From positions 3,246 to 67,245 of the forward strand of contig CAZRHE010000006.1 of the NCBI GenBank assembly GCA_964599875.1: 64,000 nucleotides of DNA, given 5' to 3'. The DNA comes from an uncultured Bacteroidaceae bacterium. GTDB lineage: Bacteria; Bacillota; Clostridia; Christensenellales; CAG-917. The notes under the pieces are model-generated. The model was not told the DNA's origin, searched no databases, and worked only from the letters and a program-made list of their open reading frames with translations. Made by a program: the position numbers and the translations under genes. Below are positions 18,497 through 27,450 of the stretch, piece by piece (the first letter of the stretch is position 1; each line of letters opens with the position of its first letter).

Positions 18497-20695
18497 TTAT
18501 TCCTTATTCGACTTGGAGAAAACTCTCTTTACGTTGTCGCCGAAAGACGCAAACCATTCTTTCACGGTGATTGCGAAAGGTTGGGACATTGCGGGGATAT
18601 CCACGAGTTTGCCGTTGTTCGAGATGGAATAACTGACGTATGCGTAATAAAGGGTTACGAGCACCGCACAGACGCTGAATACGATAAGTTCAGGGCTGGT
18701 GGTTTCGTAATTTGCAAAGTACGCGGTTTCGTTGTTTTCGATGAGCGCCTCGAAGTACGGAGTGCCTGCAACGAATCCCGAATTGTTCATGAGTTGTCCG
18801 ATATTGATGAATGCAAGGAATGCATAGGCAGAAGACACGATATACGCTCTCTTTTCGCCGCTGACCATCGCATATATAAATCCGAGTGCGACCGCGAGGA
18901 AGAGATAGGTGTAATCGATCTTGAGCGTGAACACTGCAAGCATTGCAAACGTAAAGGACGAAAGCATGATGAGTTCTTGCTTGTTTCTGTTCTTGATATA
19001 GAGAGAAACAATATACGCTTCGAGAACGAGAATGAAGATGAAGTTGAGGATTGCCGCCGTGCGGGACGAGGTCTTTTGGTTCATAGTCGCCATTGCGTAA
19101 AGACCGATTCCGTTGTCCACGAAGACGGTTTTCTTCATGAATTCGTTTGCGATGAGCGTCCAGCCGTAGAAAGGCTTGCTGTCTGCCGCCGCGATATAAT
19201 CGATCGCAACGGGAATGGTGAGGACGTAAAGCAATACGAACACTCCGACAAGACCGAACACAATTTCCGCGCGACGTTTGCCGAAAGACTTCATGGTGTC
19301 GTCCGCTTTATAGTAGCGATATGCAAGGCACGCAATAAGGATAGGCGAGATTGCGAGTGCGCGGACGTCGAGAAGCGTTGCGAGAGTAAGAAGCAAATAC
19401 GCGGGCAACGTCTTCTTCTCTACGAGGCAAATAAGAGTGCCGAGCACGAGTGCCACGAGGAGTGCGGTGAAGGTGTTGTCGAGTCCGCCCATAACGAAAG
19501 TTATAGGAAGGATTGCGTACGTTGCCGCAAATATTGTGGATTGACGGTCGCCGACGTACTTTCTGCCGTAGAAGTAAATCATCACAACGGTCGCCATCGT
19601 TGCAAGTACGTTGACCATTCTGATGAGAATGGAGATACCCGCCGAGTCGAGATTCTTCCCTGCCATTCCGATGAGTGCGAGAATATAGAGGACGCCGGGA
19701 GAAGTGCTTTGCAAGGACGTGCCGTAAGTCGCGTATGCGTGACGCACAGCGTCTTTTGCGGAAAGTGCCTTTGCAAGATTGACCGTGTAGGTCATTTCAC
19801 TGCCGAAACCGTACATCGTGAGCAAGAACACGAGGTTTATCAGGAAAGTGCCGATTGCAAGCATACTTGCGATAAACCAAGGATTCGTCGCAATATCTCC
19901 GCCTTTGACCGCTCCGCCCTTTCCGCCTGCGTTGTCGTTAAAGTTAAGGAATGCGGTAGGACGACTGTAAAGACGTCTAATAAGCACGTATGCCGCCGCT
20001 ACGAGTGCAACCGTGAATACTCCGAGAAACACGACGAACAAAATGCCGCCGACGTTAGAATCGTAACGCGCGATTTCTTCTTTCGTGAATTTGTAGACGG
20101 TGTAGTTTTCTTCACCGGCAATAGGCTCTTCAACCTTCTTCATGGAAACGTTGTCGAAACAAACTTCTCCTTTGACGCTTTCACCTTGTGCACCGAGGCA
20201 AAGACAAATCGTGAGATAGTCCGTATCGACGGGATTGACGTAGAATACGAAGGTTTTCCAGCCGTCCGTCGCTTTCGTTTGTTCAACGAAGAAATAGTCC
20301 GTGTTTTCAAGGAAGGTCACGTATGCTCCGCGATAAGTGGAATCGTTACCTTTCGAAAGACTCTTGGGGAGTTTGATATCGACGGAAACGCGATAAGTGC
20401 CTTTTCTATCAACTTTGATTTCCTGATAGAGATAGGAAAAAGTCGCGGAACTGTTTTTGATTTGGAGATATTCTCCATTCTCTTTGGAATAACTTGCGTT
20501 GCTACTCCAATCGCTCTTAACGCTCCAACCGTTGAACTTAATTTTGCTGTCCGACGTCGTGACGTTGTCGAAACCGCCGTTTTGAACGAGTTCGGTGTCG
20601 TATGCGACGTCTCCGTTGTTACACGCCGTAAATGCAAAAAGTGCTAGTACGACTACTAGCACGATTGCAGATGCTAAAAACAATCTTTTTTTCAT
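18497..20695 (-). CDS. polytopic membrane protein: lipoprotein-like signal + CBM-like ectodomain + GT-C-like multi-TM region
   Basis: 732 aa. Signal ..LALFAFTAC. A beta-rich domain of about 190 aa (ELVQNGGFDN...W...). Then at least 12 hydrophobic helices resembling ArnT/PMT-type glycosyltransferases. Confidence 0.55.
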   Translation of the reverse strand: MKKRLFLASAIVLVVVLALFAFTACNNGDVAYDTELVQNGGFDNVTTSDSKIKFNGWSVKSDWSSNASYSKENGEYLQIKNSSATFSYLYQEIKVDRKGTYRVSVDIKLPKSLSKGNDSTYRGAYVTFLENTDYFFVEQTKATDGWKTFVFYVNPVDTDYLTICLCLGAQGESVKGEVCFDNVSMKKVEEPIAGEENYTVYKFTKEEIARYDSNVGGILFVVFLGVFTVALVAAAYVLIRRLYSRPTAFLNFNDNAGGKGGAVKGGDIATNPWFIASMLAIGTFLINLVFLLTMYGFGSEMTYTVNLAKALSAKDAVRHAYATYGTSLQSTSPGVLYILALIGMAGKNLDSAGISILIRMVNVLATMATVVMIYFYGRKYVGDRQSTIFAATYAILPITFVMGGLDNTFTALLVALVLGTLICLVEKKTLPAYLLLTLATLLDVRALAISPILIACLAYRYYKADDTMKSFGKRRAEIVFGLVGVFVLLYVLTIPVAIDYIAAADSKPFYGWTLIANEFMKKTVFVDNGIGLYAMATMNQKTSSRTAAILNFIFILVLEAYIVSLYIKNRNKQELIMLSSFTFAMLAVFTLKIDYTYLFLAVALGFIYAMVSGEKRAYIVSSAYAFLAFINIGQLMNNSGFVAGTPYFEALIENNETAYFANYETTSPELIVFSVCAVLVTLYYAYVSYSISNNGKLVDIPAMSQPFAITVKEWFASFGDNVKRVFSKSNKE

Positions 20696-20706
20696 TGTTG
20701 CTTACC

Positions 20707-21051
20707 TTATCTGACTTCTTTGAGTTTTGCTGCCTTACCGGTACGCTCGCGGAGATAGTAAAGTTTGGATCTTCTGACTTTGCCGTGGCTGACGACTTCG
20801 AAGTGGTCGATTTTCGGTGAATGGATGGGGAAAGTTCTTTCAACGCCGATGCCGTAGGTTACGCGACGAACGGTAACGGTTTCACGGATTCCACCGTTTT
20901 TGAACGCGATGATGACGCCTTCGTAAGATTGAAGTCTTTCTTTGTCGCCTTCTTTGACTTTGACGAAGACTTTGACTTTGTCACCGATTCTGAGTTCGGG
21001 AAGATCTTGTTTCATACCCTCTTTTTCGATTTGGTCGATAATGTTGCTCAT
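20707..21051 (-). CDS. rplS: 50S ribosomal protein L19
   Basis: 114 aa. ...[29 protein letters not shown]... is diagnostic. Confidence 0.97.
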   Translation of the reverse strand: MSNIIDQIEKEGMKQDLPELRIGDKVKVFVKVKEGDKERLQSYEGVIIAFKNGGIRETVTVRRVTYGIGVERTFPIHSPKIDHFEVVSHGKVRRSKLYYLRERTGKAAKLKEVR

Positions 21052-21127
21052 GTTGACTTACCTCCTATAATACAAAGCGTTCACAACGAATATCTTTCGC
21101 AGGCGGAACGCCCGAGTCACTTGTGTT

Positions 21128-21156
21128 ATATTATCATATAAATAATTATTATGCAA
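21128..21156 (-). promoter_or_regulatory. sigma-A type promoter (TTGCAT-17-TAATAT) for rplS
   Basis: Read on the minus strand. It leaves a leader of about 70 nt before the rplS ATG. Confidence 0.5.
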
Positions 21157-21220
21157 ACGAATTAAACAACTATTTTGCGGTTTAATCCGAGTATTTTCGG
21201 TTTTTTCGTCGAATTTTGTC

Positions 21221-21580
21221 TTAAAATCGACTTTTGGGACGAAAAGCGTCGATTATATGGTTGATTCCGTCGTTGTAAATCTCGATTACGTCGAAACGTA
21301 CGTCGCGGTCGAAGGCGCGTTTTATCAGCAAATATCCGTTGGCGGCGACTTCGTATCTTCTTTGCTTATAAGGCGTGACCGCTTCCGCGGGATTTCCGTA
21401 CAAAGCGTCCGCCCTCGTTTTGACCTCTACAAAAACAAGCACGCCGTCCTCTTCCGCGATTATATCGACCTCGCACCCGAGATACTTAAAGTTGCGTTTA
21501 AGAATTTTGTAGCCGTTTTCTTTGAGGTAATCGCAAGCGATATTTTCGCCGACGTTGCCGATTGCTCTCTTATTTCCCAT
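21221..21580 (-). CDS. yraN: YraN-family (UPF0102) endonuclease-like protein
   Basis: GENIACDYLKENGYKILKRNF...EVDIIA...VFVEVKTR pattern. Confidence 0.9.
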   Translation of the reverse strand: MGNKRAIGNVGENIACDYLKENGYKILKRNFKYLGCEVDIIAEEDGVLVFVEVKTRADALYGNPAEAVTPYKQRRYEVAANGYLLIKRAFDRDVRFDVIEIYNDGINHIIDAFRPKSRF

Positions 21581-21582
21581 TC

Positions 21583-22194
21583 CTACTCCTTGACGAAATT
21601 CTTGATGAAAGTTTTGCGGTGAATGGGTGTCGCGCCGATTTCTTTCAGTGCGGCGATATGTTTTGCAGTGCCGTATCCCATATTGTTTGCAAAGTCGTAT
21701 TCGGGATAGATCTCTGCCATTTCTGTCATATAATTATCCCTCGTGACTTTTGCGATTATGCTTGCCGCGCCGATTGAATAGGATATTGCGTCGCCGTGGA
21801 TTATTCCCATCGTCTTATACGGAATATCAAGTTTTAGCGCGTCCACGAGCACGACGTCGGGCGGGACGGACAATCCCATAATCGCGTCTTTCATACACGC
21901 TTTCGTCGCTTCGAGAATATTCATCTCGTCGATTTTCAAGTTGTCGTAGGACACGACGTTATAGGCAATCGCCTTTTCAATGATTTCGGGATACAGTTTT
22001 TCGCGTTTTTTCTTGGACACCTTTTTGCTGTCGTTGACGCCTTCGACAAGGTCGTCGAGAGGCATAATGACTGCGGCGCAAGTCACGGGGCCCGCAAGAG
22101 GTCCTCTGCCGACTTCGTCCACTCCGCATATGTACTTATATCCGTCTTCTAAAAGCCTTTTTTCGTATTCTAACAACTCTTCTGCGCGTATCAT
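21583..22194 (-). CDS. rnhB: ribonuclease HII
   Basis: I trimmed the start to ATG 22194 (MIRAEELL...), just after the rbgA stop. GVDEVGRGPLAGPV motif. Confidence 0.92.
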   Translation of the reverse strand: MIRAEELLEYEKRLLEDGYKYICGVDEVGRGPLAGPVTCAAVIMPLDDLVEGVNDSKKVSKKKREKLYPEIIEKAIAYNVVSYDNLKIDEMNILEATKACMKDAIMGLSVPPDVVLVDALKLDIPYKTMGIIHGDAISYSIGAASIIAKVTRDNYMTEMAEIYPEYDFANNMGYGTAKHIAALKEIGATPIHRKTFIKNFVKE

Positions 22195-22198
22195 AGTC

Positions 22199-23029
22199 TT
22201 ATTTTTCAAGGCAAATATGCCCGAGTCTTCCCTTTCTGAAATCGTCCAAAATCGTCCTTGCGGTGCGGTCGTAATCAATATCTCCGCCCTTGATTTTGAA
22301 CCCTCTCGAAAGTGCGATTTTGTCAAAAAGTTCGATAGTGGTTTCGGGAATTTCGTCGAGATTGTATCTCGCCTTTAAGTTTTCGGGATAATTTTCCGCG
22401 ATTTCTTCGAGAAAGTCGTAGCATAAATCCCCGGTGTCGAGAATTTCGTCGCGAATACTCCCTATATACGCAAGGTGATGCGCCACTTTTTGATCTTCGA
22501 ATTTGCCCCACAAAGTGCCCGGAGTGTCGAGAAAATCAACGCCCTCTATGGATAACCATTGTTTTCCGCGCGTGACGCCGGGTTTATCCCCCGTCACCGC
22601 TTTTGCCTTGCCTATCATAGAGTTGATTATGGTGGATTTTCCGCTATTAGGCACGCCCACGACCATTGCTCTTACGGACACGTTTGCGCCTTTACCCGAA
22701 TAGTGATTAAGTTTATCGGACATGATTTCTTTGAGTTTTGCGACGATTTCTCTGCAATCTCCCGACGTCCCCACGACTTTAACGCAGGGTTTGCCGAATT
22801 TCGTATAGACGTCGATCCATCTATCTAAATCCGCCTTATCGACAAGGTCGCACTTATTGAAAACGTACAGTACTCTTTTGCCCGTGATGAGTTTATCGAG
22901 AAGAGGATTTGCGCACGAATAAACCGCGCGAGAATCTATCACGTAGATTAACGCGTCGACGAGGCGGAGATTCTCCTCCATCATTCGTATCGCCTTGGTC
23001 ATATGACCGGGGAACCATTGTATATTCAT
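22199..23029 (-). CDS. rbgA: ribosome biogenesis GTPase A (YlqF)
   Basis: MNIQWFPGHMTKA start. Circularly permuted G motifs: NKCDL comes before GVPNSGKST. Confidence 0.93.
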   Translation of the reverse strand: MNIQWFPGHMTKAIRMMEENLRLVDALIYVIDSRAVYSCANPLLDKLITGKRVLYVFNKCDLVDKADLDRWIDVYTKFGKPCVKVVGTSGDCREIVAKLKEIMSDKLNHYSGKGANVSVRAMVVGVPNSGKSTIINSMIGKAKAVTGDKPGVTRGKQWLSIEGVDFLDTPGTLWGKFEDQKVAHHLAYIGSIRDEILDTGDLCYDFLEEIAENYPENLKARYNLDEIPETTIELFDKIALSRGFKIKGGDIDYDRTARTILDDFRKGRLGHICLEK

Positions 23030-23068
23030 AAATCCTCTTAAAAAAATGATTGCAAAGCAATCATCTCG

Positions 23069-23740
23069 TTATTCTCCGAGAAGGTCAGGGCGACGCTCTC
23101 TGGTGATTTTCAAAGATTGTTCGCGACGCCATTTAGCGATTTCAGCATGATTTCCGCTTTGCAAAACTTCGGGGACTTTCAGCCCTCTGTATTCCGCGGG
23201 ACGGGTGTATTGCGGATATTCGAGAAGACCGTTTGAAAAACTCTCCTCGTTCGTGCTTTCACCCGAGCCCAAAACTCCGTCTACGTATCTTGCGACGGCG
23301 TTAATAAGGACGAGCGCGGGCAATTCTCCACCCGTCAAAACGTAATCACCGATTGAGATTTCCTCGTCGATGCAAAGGTCGATAATTCTTTCGTCAATTC
23401 CCTCGTAATCACCGCACAAAAGGAGCAATCCTTCCTCTTTTGCAAGGCTTTCGACTACGTTTTGTTTGAGTTGAACGCCTTTTGGTGAAAGATAAATCCT
23501 TTTGAGTTTATGTTCGGGGTCGACCGCCTCGATCGCGCTTACGACGGGATCGGGCGTCATAACCATTCCGGCACCTCCGCCGTAAGGATAATCGTCGGTT
23601 TTGGAGTGTTTATCCTTGCTATAATCCCTGATATTAGTTACGTTAACGTCCAAAATACCGCCCGCAATCGCTTTTCCGATGAGGCTTTGGGATAGGACGC
23701 CGAAATAGTCTGGGAATATAGTCAGAATTTCAAAACGCAT
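23069..23740 (-). CDS. trmD: tRNA (guanine37-N1)-methyltransferase
   Basis: MRFEILTIFPDYF... and LLCGDYEGIDERI motifs. Confidence 0.95.
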   Translation of the reverse strand: MRFEILTIFPDYFGVLSQSLIGKAIAGGILDVNVTNIRDYSKDKHSKTDDYPYGGGAGMVMTPDPVVSAIEAVDPEHKLKRIYLSPKGVQLKQNVVESLAKEEGLLLLCGDYEGIDERIIDLCIDEEISIGDYVLTGGELPALVLINAVARYVDGVLGSGESTNEESFSNGLLEYPQYTRPAEYRGLKVPEVLQSGNHAEIAKWRREQSLKITRERRPDLLGE

Positions 23741-23741
23741 A

Positions 23742-24251
23742 TCAGTCGTTGTATACCGCTACTCTGCGGAAGATATAGCCGTCGAGAAGGATTTTGCCGT
23801 TTTCGACGTCGGTTTCCTTGATGAGTTCTTTGAGTGCGGGGAATTGAACGGTGCCGCCTGCGGGAAGTTTCACGACGTAAACGTCCGCGGAGCCGTATTG
23901 CATGACGTCGACTAGTTCACCGACGATATCGCCGTCCACGTAGACGTCCGAGCCGATTATATCCGCGATATAAACCTTGCCGTCGCCGGGGGAAGGAAGT
24001 TCGCTTCTCTCGACCGTCAAGGATTTTCCGCGATAGGATTCCGCCTGCTCTACGGTGTCGATGCCTGAAAATTTGATATAAGCAAAATCGCCTTCAACGG
24101 AGATTTTCTCAACGTTGAAGGTTTTGCCGTCCAGTTTTGCGCGTTTAACGGAATTGAATCGCGTGGAGTCCGAGGTGTAAAGTTCGAAGCGGATTTCTCC
24201 TTTCAAACCGCGGGGACGCAACGCCTTTCCGACAGTAAATTCCGATTTCAT
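23742..24251 (-). CDS. rimM: 16S rRNA processing protein RimM
   Basis: 169 aa. G.ALRPRGLKGEIRF N-terminus. Position between the KH-protein gene and trmD. Confidence 0.9.
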   Translation of the reverse strand: MKSEFTVGKALRPRGLKGEIRFELYTSDSTRFNSVKRAKLDGKTFNVEKISVEGDFAYIKFSGIDTVEQAESYRGKSLTVERSELPSPGDGKVYIADIIGSDVYVDGDIVGELVDVMQYGSADVYVVKLPAGGTVQFPALKELIKETDVENGKILLDGYIFRRVAVYND

Positions 24252-24481
24252 TCTTTTTCGTCTATGACTACATTATAATGCGTACCGCTTTTTCCGCTTG
24301 CCGCTTTGACGAGAGTACGAATAGATTTCGCAATTCTGCCCTGTTTTCCGATGACTTTGCCGATATCTTTTTTTGCGATAGTCACAACGATATCGCTGAC
24401 GTCGTCGTTTTCGCGCATTTCAACCTCGTAATCCCCGTCGGGAACGAGTTTTGCGACCAAATATTCTACCAGTTCAAGCAT
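24248..24481 (-). CDS. KH-domain RNA-binding protein (YlqC-like)
   Basis: 77 aa. VIGKQGRIAKSIRTLV KH motif. Conserved position after rpsP. Confidence 0.9.
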   Translation of the reverse strand: MLELVEYLVAKLVPDGDYEVEMRENDDVSDIVVTIAKKDIGKVIGKQGRIAKSIRTLVKAASGKSGTHYNVVIDEKE

Positions 24482-24483
24482 AA

Positions 24484-24723
24484 TTAGAGGATTCCGTTTG
24501 CTTTGAAGAGGTCACGCACGGTATCGGTAGGTTGTGCGCCGTTTGCGAGCCATTTCTTTGCGAGTTCTGCATCGATTCTGATTTCCTTGGGGTCTGCAAC
24601 GGGATTGTAAATACCGATTTGTTCGATGTATTCACCGTCTCTTGCTTTACGAGAATCGACTGCTACGATACGATAGAAAGGTGCTTTTTTTGCGCCCATG
24701 CGGGTAAGTCTGAGTTTGACCAT
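24484..24723 (-). CDS. rpsP: 30S ribosomal protein S16
   Basis: [21 protein letters not shown]... Confidence 0.97.
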   Translation of the reverse strand: MVKLRLTRMGAKKAPFYRIVAVDSRKARDGEYIEQIGIYNPVADPKEIRIDAELAKKWLANGAQPTDTVRDLFKANGIL

Positions 24724-24771
24724 GATTTGTTTCTCCTTTGAGTGGTATATATAATTTTTTGTTTTTGTAGT

Positions 24772-26109
24772 TTAGAACGGGAATCCGCGAAGTCCTTTAA
24801 GACCTTTAAGACCGCCTTTTTGCATTCTGTTCATCATATCCTTCGTCAGTTCGAACTGTTTGAGGAGTTGATTGACTTCTTGAATACTCGTGCCGCTGCC
24901 CTTTGCGATACGTTTTCTTTGGCTTGCCTTGATGATATCGGGATTTCTCCTTTCCTTCGGCGTCATGGATTGGATGATTGCCTTCGTGCGAACGAGTTGT
25001 TTCTCGTCGATTTCGGGCGCGCCGCCTTTCATCTTGCCCGCAAGCCCCGGAATCATATTCATCATATCGCCGAGATTGCCCATTTTTTTGACGCTGTCCA
25101 GTTGTTCGAGATAATCTTCAAGGGTGAACGAGCGTTCTTTGATTTTCTTTTGAAGGTTTTCGGCCTGTTCTTTCGAGAACGCGTTTTCCGCCTTTTCAAT
25201 GAGAGTAAGCACGTCCCCCATTCCGAGAATACGGCTCGCCATTCTGTCGGGATGGAAAGGCTCGAGGTCTTCCATTTTTTCGCCCGTACCGCTGAATTTG
25301 ATAGGTTTGCCGGTGACTGCTTTTATGGAAAGTGCCGCACCGCCTCTCGTGTCGCCGTCGAGTTTGGTCATGATGACGCCGGTGATATCGAGTGTCTTAT
25401 TGAAGGTGTCCGCGACCGTAACCGCGTCTTGACCCGTCATGCTGTCCACGACGAGAAGGATTTCGGTGGGCTTGACGGCGGCTTTGATTTTGACGAGTTC
25501 GTCCATCAAAGTTTCGTCTATGTGCAGACGCCCTGCCGTATCGATGATAACCGTGTCGTAACCGTTTTTGAGTGCGTACGGGATTGCGTCAGTTGCAATC
25601 TTGACGGGGCTGATTTGCCCTTCTTCGAACACTTCCGTGCCCGCTTTGCCGCCGACTACTTTGAGTTGTTGTATTGCCGCGGGACGATATATATCCCCTG
25701 CGACCAGCAAAACTTTTTTGCCTTGTTTTTTGAGATACGCGGTGAGTTTTCCGCACATGGTGGTCTTGCCCGCGCCTTGTAATCCGCACATCATATACAC
25801 GGTGGGTTGACGGTCGCTCGTGGCAAGTTTTTGATGAGTGCTGCCCATAAGGACGGTGAGTTCGTCGTTGACGATTTTCACGATTTGTTGCGCGGGAGTC
25901 AGAGATTTGAGAATATCTTCTCCGAGAGCCTTTTCGCTCACTCTCGCGACGAAATCCTTGACAACGCCGAAGTTGACGTCCGCCTCCAATAGCGCGACGC
26001 GGATTTCTCTCATAGCCTGCTTAATTTCGAGTTCGGTCAACTTGCCCTTATTGCGCAGTTTCGAGAAAATGTGATTCATTCTGTCACTTAAACTTGCAAA
26101 CGTACCCAT
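24772..26109 (-). CDS. ffh: signal recognition particle protein Ffh
   Basis: I trimmed the start to ATG 26109, 1 nt after the ylxM stop and preceded by TGGAG. GLQGAGKTT and DTAGR motifs. Met-rich M domain. Confidence 0.95.
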   Translation of the reverse strand: MGTFASLSDRMNHIFSKLRNKGKLTELEIKQAMREIRVALLEADVNFGVVKDFVARVSEKALGEDILKSLTPAQQIVKIVNDELTVLMGSTHQKLATSDRQPTVYMMCGLQGAGKTTMCGKLTAYLKKQGKKVLLVAGDIYRPAAIQQLKVVGGKAGTEVFEEGQISPVKIATDAIPYALKNGYDTVIIDTAGRLHIDETLMDELVKIKAAVKPTEILLVVDSMTGQDAVTVADTFNKTLDITGVIMTKLDGDTRGGAALSIKAVTGKPIKFSGTGEKMEDLEPFHPDRMASRILGMGDVLTLIEKAENAFSKEQAENLQKKIKERSFTLEDYLEQLDSVKKMGNLGDMMNMIPGLAGKMKGGAPEIDEKQLVRTKAIIQSMTPKERRNPDIIKASQRKRIAKGSGTSIQEVNQLLKQFELTKDMMNRMQKGGLKGLKGLRGFPF

Positions 26110-26110
26110 A

Positions 26111-26434
26111 TCACTCCAAGATTTCACGTGCGGTGCGAAGTGCGTCAAGCGCGACTTCGAGGTTGCCGTCCTTTATTGCGGAAACGGCAAGGTCGATATT
26201 TGCTGCAAGAGAGGTTTCGCGAGCCGCCAAGCCGAGTTTGTTTTCATATTCGGCAAGCAACTTCTCCCCCGACTTTACTGCGTCGAGCACGGCTTGCCTC
26301 GACACGGAAAAGTCTTCCGCTATCTCACCGAAAGACATATCCTCGTCGTAATGCAGACGAAGCATTTCATTCTGCTTATCGGTGAGCAGGTTGCCGTAGT
26401 AGGCGCGAAGATTCGATATTGTGTATCTATCCAT
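26111..26434 (-). CDS. ylxM: YlxM/UPF0122 putative DNA-binding protein
   Basis: I trimmed the start to ATG 26434, preceded by GAGAGGA. HYDEDMSFGEIAEDFSVSRQAV HTH. Conserved position upstream of ffh. Confidence 0.88.
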   Translation of the reverse strand: MDRYTISNLRAYYGNLLTDKQNEMLRLHYDEDMSFGEIAEDFSVSRQAVLDAVKSGEKLLAEYENKLGLAARETSLAANIDLAVSAIKDGNLEVALDALRTAREILE

Positions 26435-26460
26435 AGTGTAAAGTCCTCTCGCTTGACAGT

Positions 26461-26489
26461 ATAATAACAATTTTCAAAACCGCTGTCAA
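26461..26489 (-). promoter_or_regulatory. sigma-A type promoter (TTGACA-17-TATTAT) for ylxM-ffh
   Basis: Read on the minus strand: TTGACA = 26489-26484, TATTAT = 26466-26461. Confidence 0.6.
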
Positions 26490-26507
26490 GCGTTTTTACT
26501 TTACATT

Positions 26508-26532
26508 ATAAAAAGGACGCCTTTCGGCGCCC
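26508..26532 (-). terminator. intrinsic terminator after ftsY
   Basis: GGACGCC/GGCGCCC stem (one mismatch), loop TTTC. T-run on the minus strand. Confidence 0.55.
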
Positions 26533-26555
26533 GATTTTTCATTGTAAAGTTCTTT

Positions 26556-27449
26556 TTAGAAAAGTGCGTTGACAAACTCCGTCGGGTCGAAAGGAATGAG
26601 ATCGTCTATCTTTTCGCCTACGCCGACGAAGAGGACGGGAAGTTCGAGTTCTTCGCTGATTGCAACCACCACTCCCCCCTTTGCGGTGCCATCGAGTTTG
26701 GTGAGGATTATGCCGTCGATATCGATTGCCTCACCGAAGATTTCCGCTTGCGACAGTCCGTTTTGTCCAGTCGTCGCATCGAGTACGAGATACTTTCTGA
26801 AATCCGCGTTAGGAAGTTCTCTCTCGACCACTCTGCATATTTTTTTCAGTTCATTCATGAGGTTGACTTTGTTGTGAAGTCTTCCCGCCGTATCCACCAA
26901 GATAACGTCTGTGCCTTTTGCTTTTGCGGATGCTATGGCGTCGTACACGACTGCGGCAGGGTCGCTCCCCTCTCCGTGCTTGACCACTCTGACGCCAGCG
27001 CGTTCTCCCCACACTTCGAGTTGTTCGCTTGCGGCGGCGCGGAACGTATCCGCCGCTGCAACCACTACGCTCTTGCCTTGCGAGCGGAAGTAGTTTGCAA
27101 GTTTGCCGATAGCGGTGGTTTTGCCGACGCCGTTGACTCCCGACAACAAAATGACGAGAGGATATTCGTATTCGTCGACTTCGAATTCGATATCGTCGAT
27201 AAGGATTTGACGAAGAAGGTCTTTCGCGCCCTCGGGTGCTTTCACCTTGTTTCTGAAAACCTCGTCTTTGAGTTCGTCTATGACGCTCTCGGTTGCGGTT
27301 ATGCCCATATCGGCGGCAAGCAACGCTTCTTCGAGATTGTCGTAAAACTCGTCGTCGAGTTCTTTTGCAGAAAAAGCGTAGAAGAGTTTCTTTTGGAAGT
27401 TGTCTTTAGTCTTTTTTACGCCGTCGCGTATTTTTTGGAAAAGTCCCAT
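26556..27449 (-). CDS. ftsY: signal recognition particle receptor FtsY
   Basis: I trimmed the start to ATG 27449, preceded by GGAGG and 1 nt after the smc stop. GVNGVGKTT and DTAGR motifs. Confidence 0.95.
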   Translation of the reverse strand: MGLFQKIRDGVKKTKDNFQKKLFYAFSAKELDDEFYDNLEEALLAADMGITATESVIDELKDEVFRNKVKAPEGAKDLLRQILIDDIEFEVDEYEYPLVILLSGVNGVGKTTAIGKLANYFRSQGKSVVVAAADTFRAAASEQLEVWGERAGVRVVKHGEGSDPAAVVYDAIASAKAKGTDVILVDTAGRLHNKVNLMNELKKICRVVERELPNADFRKYLVLDATTGQNGLSQAEIFGEAIDIDGIILTKLDGTAKGGVVVAISEELELPVLFVGVGEKIDDLIPFDPTEFVNALF

Positions 27450-27450
27450 A

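Noticed and set aside
18122-20647. An 841-aa plus-strand ORF, plus similar antisense ORFs at 49506-51617, 39277-40992, 27400-28749, 24742-25782, 26748-27515, 13573-14439, 12796-13548, 11588-12298, 17517-18392 and 7751-8719.
   Set aside because: Each one overlaps a gene on the other strand that has diagnostic motifs and proper translation signals. Their compositions are Cys/Arg/His/Phe-rich and motif-free.
21188-21207. The hairpin CCGA-GTATTTT-TCGG plus T6 downstream of yraN, considered as its terminator.
   Set aside because: The T-run is on the plus strand, whereas yraN is on the minus strand, and the stem is only 4 bp. I did not annotate it.
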